NCBI GenBank assembly: GCA_951406725.2 | Contig: OX597837.1 | Location: 34,534,001-34,598,000 of the forward strand | Direction: 5' to 3' | DNA: 64,000 nt | From: Octopus vulgaris | Lineage: Eukaryota | Shown: positions 54,408 to 64,000 of the stretch, piece by piece | Layout: every line of letters begins with the position of its first letter | Numbering within the stretch: the stretch's first letter is position 1 | Made by a program: the position numbers and the translations under genes | The notes under the pieces: model-generated | What the model saw: the letters and a program-made list of their open reading frames with translations, nothing else | Database searches by the model: none | What the model was told of the DNA's origin: nothing

Positions 54408-57072
54408 GCGTGTTTGCGTGTCTGTTTGTCCCCCGAAGATCGCTTGACAACCGATAAAATAAGTACTAGGCTTACAAAGAATAAGTCCTGGGGTCGATTT
54501 GATTGACTAAAGGCGGTGCTCCAGCATGGCCACAGTCACATGACTGAAACAAGTAAAAGAAAGAGTTCTGCTAATCCTCAGCATTTTAATAGGTAATTTT
54601 TTTTCCAAACCCCACCAGAGATGAAAGGCCAAATTGACTTCAACAGAATTTGAACTCAGAGTATGCCAAGTGTCGAAACAAATACTGCAGAACACTCTAT
54701 CCGATGTTCCAAGGTCTCTGCCAATCTGCTGTCTAAGACAAAAATGGTAATGGGATAATCTTTGATGAGGTAGTCTCCAATGGGGACAATCTTTGATGGG
54801 GTAATTCATTGACAGGGTATTGACGGAGTAATCTTTGACGGGATAATTTTTGATGATCTTGAGACTGATAACGATGATATGCTACAGATTATGTATGAAA
54901 GATGGGAACAATGTTAGCGATAATGAATCATAGTTGCATTACAAGTGCAGGCGTGGCCGTGTGATTAAAAAGCCCACTTTGCAACTATGTGGTTTTGGGT
55001 TCAGTCCCACTGCATGGCACCTTGTGCAAGTGTCTTTTTTCTGCTCTAGCTGAGTGAAGTAGGTAGATGGAAACTATGTGGAAGCCCACTGTGTGGGCAT
55101 GTGTGTGTGTATGTGTATCTGCCCCCACTACTCAAAAACCAGTGTTGGTTTGTTTACATCTCCATAACTTAGCAGGCCGGTAAAAGAGATTCATAGAATA
55201 AATACCAGACATAAAAAAATTAAAAAAAATAAGTATAAGGGTTGTCTAGCTAAAACCCTTCAAGGAAGTGCTGTAGCATGGCCACAGTCCAATGACTGAA
55301 CCAAGTAAAAGATTCCATAAAAGTTAAACCTCAAGAGCATTTCTAAGGCAGCCCCTAAACCCACAGATCCCTAATCCCTAATTAGGGACGTGTCAATTAG
55401 GAAATGACAGACAGGATGTTGGATCTTGGTGGTTCGTTCAGTTTACAACATGCGACCCTAGTAAATTGTACCTCACCTTCCCTGCCCCCACCCCACGACT
55501 GGGGTTTCCTGGGTGAGCATGTGAAGGGGAGGGGTTGATGGAGGGTGGGGGAAGGAGCTTTCCTTGATATCTGCATGCGTGTGTGTGTGTGTGTGTTTCG
55601 TAGTTGTATGCTTGTGCACACTTGTGTGTGTGTGTGCAACATCGAGCATGCATGTACATGTGTATGCGTGATCGTGCGTTTTCTATTTCAATGTTTGTTT
55701 ATACATGCAAGTATATGCAACACTGCGCATGTACGTAAGCAACACACACAATGTGTGTATGTGTGTGTGGGGGGGGTGTCTGTCTGTCCGTCCGCTTGTC
55801 ATTCCGGATATGAGGAAAGAGTGAAGAAGAGAGAGGAAACGAGACAGAGCAAGGGGTAGGATGAGGATGATGTAAACCATGGTATCTGAAAGCTCCTGGG
55901 CTATAGAGGGACAGCTGCAAAGAATGTGCGTGCATGGGGCCAGGGTACATTATACAATAACAACCTCATTAGTGTTTAACTGGATTGAATGATTAAGTGC
56001 TGAGTGCTTAGCTATGTCTGTGTATATTGGTGTGTGTGTGGTGGGGTATATGAGTAAGTGTGTATATTGGTGTGTGAGGGGGTATATGAGTAAGTGTGTA
56101 TGTGAGTGTATATCATCATTTAGCGTCCGTTTTCCATGCTAGCATGGGTTGGACGGTTCAACTGGGGTCTGTGAAGCCGGAAGGCTTCATCAGGCCCAGT
56201 CAGATCTGGCAGTGTTTCTACGGCTGGATGCCCTTCCTAACGCCAACGACTCCGTGTGCGTAGTGGGTGCTTTTTACATGCCACCTGCACAGGTGCCAGA
56301 CAGAGCAGGCAAACGGCCACGAACGGATGGTGCTTTTATGTGCCACTGGCACGGGAGCCAGGCGAGGCTGGCAACGGACACAAACGGATGGTGCTTTTAC
56401 GTGCCACCGGCATGGGGGCCAGGCGAGGCTGTATATGCATGTATAATATCAGTGTGTATATATGTAAGTGTATAATATTATGTTGGTGTAAGCGTGTATG
56501 TGTTTGTGTGTTTACATCAGTGTGTGTGTGTACGAGTATAAGTGTAGGAGTGCATATGTGCATACTGAGGTGCATATGTGTATATGAGTGTATGTATGCA
56601 TATATGAGTATGAAATGGATAAGTGTGTATGTGTGTGCATAACCCAGTTTCCTATTCAGCTTTTGTCCCAGGACAGCCTTGATTACAAATGCCTGGTGGT
56701 ATTATTTCCGACTTTCTGCAATCTGGGATCAAATCCTATCAAGCTAGGCTGGCCCTTTGTGTTTCCAGGGGTCAATAAAAACAGAAAATAATAAAATACC
56801 AAAAGTACCAACTCAGTGAAGGAGACTGGAGAAACTGAAAGGAAGTCAGACCAAATGCCTTACAATTTTTGTCCCCAAAAACTTTTGTTTTACAATCCAA
56901 GTTCAAACCCCACAATGGCCTAAATGGGTAACAGACTTAACTCACTGCCTGCTTTAATACCCCGACCTGGCATCTTCACTACCTTTAGTAGAGTCCACTT
57001 CGCTGTAATAAGCATCCAGGCCAGTTCTCCAGTTTGAGGAAACCCTCCTGTCTCTTCCTCTCACACACACAC

Positions 57073-57130
<58 letters not shown>

Positions 57131-57526
57131 CTCTTGTTTTGGCTCAACAGTCCTCACCATTTGTTTTTACTGTTTCGTTCTCACAGTCCTGTTCTTGTTA
57201 CCACTTTCACCCTCCGCAAAAAATCCCAAATTTTATTTAATTTGCTTTGCAGGAAGGACTGTTTCAACAAAGTTGCGTATTGTCCTTGCCTTCGGAACGT
57301 GGAGTAGATGAAACAGGGACAACTGAAGAAAGGGAATATTCTTTAGGTTGCATGTCTCGTCTCTATGGTTTTGTTTTTATGTTTTCGTTTCTCATTGTGT
57401 TCAATATTTTTTTGATGTCCTGTACCCATATATGCATGTATATATACATACATATGTAGGTATGTACATATATGTATGTATATATGCATATATTTATATA
57501 TTATTTATATTATCATATATATATAT

Positions 57527-57846
57527 ATAGAATGGTTGTATACAGTCAATCTAACGTGAACGTGACAGTAGAGGATTACACCACCGCTGTTTAGCCCTAG
57601 GAAGCATCGACGCTTCCTAATGGCTTCGACACATTTTTTTCCTGTGTCCTTATATATTTACATATATTATATCCTTACATATATTATATCCTTACATATA
57701 TTATGTCCTTCGTAAATATATAAGGACACAGGAAAAAAATGTGTCGAAGCCACCAGGAAGCGTCGATGCTTCCTAGGGCTAAACAGCGGTGGTGTAATCC
57801 CCTACTGTCACGTTCACGTTAGATTGACAGTATACAACCATTCTAT
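57527..57846. repeat. Foldback element, ~135-bp arms with 50-bp spacer
   Basis: atagaatggttgtatacagtcaatc...gattgacagtatacaaccattctat. The spacer is three 17-bp tandem units, and (TA)n lies on both sides. Confidence 0.92.
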
Positions 57847-57898
57847 CGCCCCACCACCGTACATATCTCTATGAGATATTTAGAAATTTAATATTTCT

Positions 57899-57950
<52 letters not shown>

Positions 57951-60719
57951 GCGAGGAGTGGCTGTGTGGTAAGTAGCTTGCTAACCAACCACATGGTTCC
58001 GGGTTCTGTCCCACTGCGTGGCATCTTGGGCAAGTGTCTTTTACTATAGCCCCAGGCCGACCAATGCCTTGTGAGTGGATTTGGTAGACGGAAACTGAAA
58101 GAAGCCTGTCGTATATATGTATATATATATATATATATATGTGTGTATGTGTGTGTGTTTGTGTGTCTGATTGTCCCCCTAGCATTGCTTGACAACCGAT
58201 GCTGGTGTGTTTACGTCCCCGTCACTTAGCGGTTCGGCAAAAGAGACCGATAGAATAAGTACTGGGCTTACAAAGAATAAGTCCCGGGATCGATTTGCTC
58301 GACTAAAGGCGGTGCTCCAGCATGGCCGCAGTCAAATGACTGAAACAAGTAAAAGAGTAAAAGAGTATATATACACACACGCATGTACACACACACACAC
58401 ACATATACATACATACATACACATATATACAAATATTTGTGGTGGGGGAACACAGATTGTCAGAAAGATAAACATGCTAGTTCTACATGTACAAACATAT
58501 CGCCTGCAAGAAGTGCTGTTAATCTGGAGAGAATCTGCAGCCAGCTGCATTATTTACAACTGGAAATGGTACCATTTTCGCCACGAAACTTCTTTGCTCT
58601 TATAGCTGGGGGATCACGAAGTTGGCCAACTGAGTCAATACGCAGCAGATAGCTGACAGACGATACCTTACACGATAAGATTAGGCTATGTGTTTCTGTA
58701 GACAGGACTGACATATAGATACATATACGTGTGTGTGAGTGTGTGTGTATAACAGCATGTGCATAAATACACATACACATGCATGCACACACACACGTAT
58801 CTCCCTCTCTCTCTCTATCTATCTCCCTATGTATGTCTTTTAGTGTTTATCTTCAGCTTGTTTTAGTCGTTAGAGACTGCGGCCATGCTGGGGCACTGCC
58901 GAGAAGAATTTTTAGTCAGTTGAATCGACCCCCAGTACTTGTCTTTTTTCTAAAGCCTGGTTCTTATTTTATTGCTCTCTTTTGCCAAACTGCTAAGTTA
59001 TGGGGACATAGACACAGCACCAGCTTTCAAGCAGTGATGGCGGGGGGAGGGGGTTAGACACAAAGACTCACACATACACATATATATCTATATATTCAAT
59101 GGGCTTCTTTCAGTTTCCATCTACCAAATCTGCTCACAGTGCTTTTGTTGGCCTGAGGCTATAGCAGAAGACACTTGCCCCGGGACTTATTCTTTGTAAG
59201 CCCAGTACTTATTCTATTGGTCTCTTTTGCCGAACCGCTAAGTGACGGGGACGTAAACACACCAGCATCGGTTGTCAAGCAATGCTAGGGGGACACACAA
59301 ACACATACATATACATATATACGACAGGCTTCTTTCAGTTTCCGTCTACCAAATCCACTCACAAGGCATTGGTCGGCCCGGGGCTATAGCAGAAGACACT
59401 TGCCCAAGATGCCATGCAGTGGGACTGAACCCGGAACCATATGGTTGGTTAGCAAGCTACTTACCACACAGCCACTCCTGCGCCTATATATATATATAAT
59501 CTTTTTTATTCGTTTTAGTCATTTTGACTGTGGCCATGCTGGAGCACCACCTTAAAGGGGATTTTAGTTGAAACAGTTGACCCCAGGGCTTTATACTTTG
59601 TAAGTCTAGTACTTATTCTATCAGTCTCTTTTGCCAAACCATTAAGTTATGGTGACATAAGCAGACACACACAGATATATAAATATATATCTGTGTGTGT
59701 GTGTGTGTGTATACTTACACACACATTTTTATCTAGCAATGTAAGAATCTTTTATTGTAAGTCTAAAGCCAAGACTTATATAAGTCCATTTAATTTAGAA
59801 ATCTAAGAATTAAAAGCAAGGCTAAAGTAGATGACAGGGTAGAATGCCTGGCACCCTGGTGCTCTTACATAACACTTAAAGACCATAAAACAAACCTTGA
59901 GAGTGATTCTAAGGTTAATTATTCTAAGTGGTGCAGAATAATTAACCTAGTTAAACCAGAGTTAGGTATAATTAGCAGAGGAATATTTAAGCTGTGCTAC
60001 AACGATTTGGTTTTGTGGCATAAAAGACAAGTCACCATACTTCCTGACATACGTGATTTCCCAGACCAAACTTTACAGCCAAAACAGGTAGGTCAACTTG
60101 TATACCAAAACTACTTTGGAAGACCAAAAAGTCCATGAGAAATGCAACAGGATTTGGAAAGATAATGATAATGTTTGAATGTTTACACTATACATTGCAT
60201 TGACTCACAGTTCTACATAGCAGAGCTTTATTCTTTGATAATCAAGCTTTTGTTAATGAAAACCCCTGATTTTGTGAAATCACTTACTGGTATTAATCAT
60301 TTGGGCATTAATGCAATTACAAATCGCTCCTGGTTAATGATAACAAAACATAAACTAAAGAAAGTCAGGATGAATTGTTTGATATAATGTATGGGAGCTT
60401 AATGATGGTGCTGAGGTGAGTGAACTTATACATTCAGAAGGTGCTGGGTAAAGCGAGAAAGACAGAATGGAGAGGGTAGTTAGTGAGTGGGCAGAAAGAC
60501 GGGAATAATGTTTAACCTTTGGTCTTTCAACAGAATATTGAAGTTTTGGAACTGAAAAGGGACTGTTTGTGGGATTTTGTTTCTTGAATTGAGAGAGGGT
60601 CACAGAATTGTATGCAACTTACGAAATAGAAAACCATAACACACACAGACATGCACGCCCTTATAGAAAACATACAACAAAATAGATAAAAAAGGAATAG
60701 ATAATATATATATATATAC

Positions 60720-60783
<64 letters not shown>

Positions 60784-61019
60784 TAATCCAAACAAGAAAA
60801 CAAAAAGACAACAACGCGAGGATGTGGAACAAATAAAGTATTATTGGGCGCTCAGGAAAAAAGGGAAGACGGAGGGTATGACGTTTCGAGCAGAGCTCTT
60901 CGTCGGAAACATAGGAGAAAGAAAGATCCCGAGGTGGGAGGACAGAGGGAAAAAAATGCAAGTGGTCTATATGTATATATATATAGAGAGAGAGACGGGG
61001 GGAGAATAGAAAAATAGAT

Positions 61020-61460
61020 GAGAGGCAAATTGGTAAGAGATAAGACGACAGATAGATAGATAGCGAGATAGATTAATAGCAAGGAGAATATAGATGATAG
61101 ATAAAAGATTAATAGATTATAGGAAAATAAATAATAGATAACAGATAAGTAGAAAATAGCTAAACAGATAACAAATAGATAAACAGAAAATAAGTAAACA
61201 GCTAAATGTTAATACTAAATAAATAATAGATAACTGCTAGTTATAGATAAACAGATTAATAGATGATAGATAATAGCTAAATATGATAATAAACACATAG
61301 TTGGTAAATAGCTAAAGATAATAGTAAATGGATAACAGATATTTTGATATGGATAACAGAATAGATAATAGATAAATAGACACTAGATAAGTAGATTAAC
61401 ACAGATGTTAGGTAAATAACAGATTAGCAGATAATAGATAGCTAAAATAGGTAACATCTA
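61020..61460. repeat. Degenerate (GATA/TAGAT) low-complexity tract
   Basis: Read directly from the sequence. Confidence 0.8.
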
Positions 61461-61531
61461 AATAAGAGGTGAATAGACCAATAAGCATTGATGTGTTTTG
61501 TTTGTAAATTTTGGTTTTGTATAAAGCTTAC

Positions 61532-61715
61532 CTCCCAGTCTTTGGAAATACTTTCTCGGTGTCCAAAATAGCCATCTAAAATATCTAGATCATCCTCGGC
61601 TTGGTTACTGCTGTTGTCAAAAATCACAAAACCCAGTTTGCGGGCTTCCGTTTCCTCATCGTCTCCATAGATTTCTGGTTTCCAATGAAGAAGGAATGCA
61701 TAGAAGTTATCAGCT
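61532..61715 (-). CDS. OXR1: Next internal coding exon of the OXR1/NCOA7-family gene
   Basis: Acceptor ttttttctatttcag and donor TGGGAG|gtaagc bound a 184-nt exon (1+183) that is phase-compatible with the upstream exon (AA|A = K). It encodes ADNFYAFLLHWKPEIYGDDEETEARKLGFVIFDNSSNQAEDDLDILDGYFGHRESISKDWE, similar to recalled OXR1 DHLYAFFIQWSPEIY...GFIVV...WE. It ends in phase 0. Confidence 0.92.
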
Positions 61716-61884
61716 CTGAAATAGAAAAAATACAGACAAGGTAGGTTTCCAGTGGCTTTATTTAGTTGGAGGGTCAGACAAGTACAAGGTAAAAAATTCT
61801 GATTTTAAATCTCAGGAGAGAGGCTTTTGCTTTTGCAACTCTCATTCCACTTTCAGGCTAGATTCCTAAGCATGACTAGTGGAG

Positions 61885-62140
61885 ACTGTAGATATTATCC
61901 AACCATCTTGTTCTTGATTTACCTCTTGGTCTCCAGCCAGTTGGCTCAGCTTGAAGAATTCATCTTGTGATTCCTATCTTCAACATTCTAACCACAAGTC
62001 CATAGTACTGAAGCTGTGGCTGCTCAAAGCAGACAATTAGTAGCTAGGCCTGGAGACACTCCCCAATCTCTGAGCTATGCACCTTGTTGAGTACTTGAGT
62101 ACTCCAGAGATCCTTTGGAGGAACCCAATTTCAGAAAGTG
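61885..62140 (-). mobile_element. Degenerate RTE-clade LINE C-terminal fragment in the OXR1 intron
   Basis: Reads SEIGFLQRISGV / LNKVHSSEIGECLQA*...QLQYYGLVVRM...ILQAEPTGWRPRGKSRTRWLDNI, with stops and a frameshift. Confidence 0.78.
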
Positions 62141-63152
62141 TCATGACGGTTGCTTTTGATAGGATCTATTGCGAAGGTGCCTGAGGACTCTCCCTCCATG
62201 ACCTTCCCAAGAATAGCGGGCAGAGAAGATGGATGGATGAAGAGAGATTTAATGGCAAGCTGGGAAGGGGTCAATGGGTGTCCTTGATAGGGATATAATA
62301 TGGGGGGGGGGAAAAAAAAAGCTCTGGTCCATGAAAGTGCTGTCATTGTACACTGTCTCTGTTACCTCAACACCAGCAGTAATATACCTATTTCTTTACT
62401 ACCCACAAGGGGCTAAACACAGAGAGGACAAACAAGGACAGACAAACGGATTGAGTCGATTATGTCGACCCCAGTGCGTTACCGGTACTTATTTAATTGA
62501 CCCCGAAAGGATGAAAGGCAAAGTCGACCTCGGCGGAATTTTAACTCAGAACGTAGCGGCAGACGAAATACCGCAAAGCATTTCGCCCAGCTTGCTAACG
62601 ATTCTGCCAGCTCGCCGCCATGTAATATACCAGCAGTAATATACCACGGTACTAGTACACTACCACTACTTCAAGGACCATCATTACTACCACTATCACA
62701 ATTGTAGTAGTGGTAGCCCATGGAACATGCTGACCTTCTGCCGCCTCAGTTCAGGCTTGTGACTCGCACCTCTCTCCTCTTCTCATCACCCATTCTGTGT
62801 CGCATTCACCAAACCTCACCCTAACACTACCCACTCCTTTCCTTTCCTCTTCATGCATTTTCTTGCAGCCATCAAATAGTTATTATTCAAGGAGAACATC
62901 AACCATGTCCATCTTATTGATCTCAAAGACCATGCAAAGGCCATGATGGTGCCTCGATAAGGTTACTAGAAATAGCAGTAAAATCTCCCTCAAGTTACAG
63001 TATAACGTCTTAAAAACAAAGAAAGGACACATTGGACAATAGAATAATCATGATTTGAAATGGCTTTGATCATCCACCTATTCAGTCCTGAACTGGGGTA
63101 AAACAACAAAATCTGCAACAACAATATGACAAGAAACCACGGAGCTACTTAC

Positions 63153-63315
63153 TTCTCTTGGGAGACTGTGAACCAGTATTCTGGTTTCTTAGCTTTACCG
63201 TAAGTACTGAATGGCGCCTCATAGGTTACCGTTGTGTTTTTGGGTTTGCCAACTTTGAGGCAAAGGAATAAAGGTGGTTCTTCATAGCGGATTGTCAACA
63301 GGGAAGCTTTGAGTT
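63153..63315 (-). CDS. OXR1: Internal coding exon of OXR1/NCOA7-family (TLDc, oxidation resistance) gene
   Basis: Acceptor ctctcttttcatag and donor GAGAA|gtaagt bound a 163-nt exon (2+159+2). It encodes LKASLLTIRYEEPPLFLCLKVGKPKNTTVTYEAPFSTYGKAKKPEYWFTVSQE. This resembles the recalled vertebrate OXR1/NCOA7 motif LFLCL(K/R)VGKP...EYWFAVPQER. Confidence 0.9.
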
Positions 63316-63439
63316 CTATGAAAAGAGAGAAAGGACAAGGAATGAAGTGAAGTGTGTTGAGGTGAGGGGTGAGGTAGAATGGATCATTAAGTAAATTAGT
63401 GGTGTAATTAACACTACATAATTAGCACTAACTTATTAG

Positions 63440-64000
63440 AGGGAGAAGTCGAGTTGAGGTATGTTTGGGCTGAGTTGAGATGAGGTGAGATGAGTAGAGA
63501 TGAGGCAGGTGCAGTTAGATGAGTCAAGTTGAAGTGAGTCAGGAAAAGTCAAGTTGAGGTGGGATGAGGATGAGCTGAGAGGAGGAGAGGTGAACTGAGG
63601 TGGGATGAGTTGAGTTGAGGTAGGTTTAGGTGGATGAGCTGAGCTGAAGTGAGCTACAATGAGTTGAATTGAGCAGAGGTAATCCACAGTAGGATGAGTT
63701 GTATCATGATGAGTGGAGATGGGACAAACTGAGTGGTGGTGACACAATGTGAGTGGCAGTGGGACAAGGTGAGTGGAGGCAGGGCAAGATGGGTGGAGGC
63801 AGGATAAGGTGAGTGGAGTCAGAACGAGGTGAGTGGAGTCAGGACGAGGTGAGTGGAGCTGGGATGAAATGAGTGGAAGTGATATGTAATGGAATGAGGT
63901 GAGCTGAAGTGAAGTGAGGTGGTCAAGGTAGGATGATGTGAAGATGAGGTGGGATGAGGTAAGCTGAGATGGGATAAGATGAGCTGTGGTGAGGTAGAAT
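63440..64000. repeat. Degenerate pentamer (TGAGN) / 20-mer satellite
   Basis: tgagt/tgagg/tgaga units and repeated gaggtgagtggag. Confidence 0.85.

Noticed and set aside
60355-60603. Minus-strand ORF (KQNPTNSPFSVPKLQYSVERPK...) as an OXR1 exon
   Set aside because: Only weak splice sites (AAG acceptor, gttaaa donor) and no recognisable homology.

Overview
This is AT-rich, repeat-dense eukaryotic DNA, most likely from an octopus or related coleoid; that call is an inference from the SINE families and the (TA)n/(CA)n/(GA)n load. The only well-supported coding sequence is two minus-strand exons (63153-63315 and 61532-61715). They splice in frame and encode the conserved segment just upstream of the TLDc domain of an OXR1/NCOA7 (mustard-like) protein. 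I found no TLDc exon, so positions 1-61531 appear to lie in one very large intron or alternative-promoter region of that gene. It is filled with several SINE families, LINE fragments (CR1, RTE, R4/Hero-like), DNA-transposon remnants and microsatellites. Nearly all ORFs in the supplied track are repeat artefacts. The most notable observations are: Penelope-type minimal hammerhead ribozyme motifs, some on the gene's sense strand; long foldback palindromes embedded in (TA)n tracts; a SINE flanked by a 214-bp direct duplication; closely spaced inverted SINE pairs that could form dsRNA; a twin-priming-style inverted RTE fragment; and several candidate alternative OXR1 exons. All coordinates and alignments were done by eye, and protein comparisons are from memory rather than database searches.
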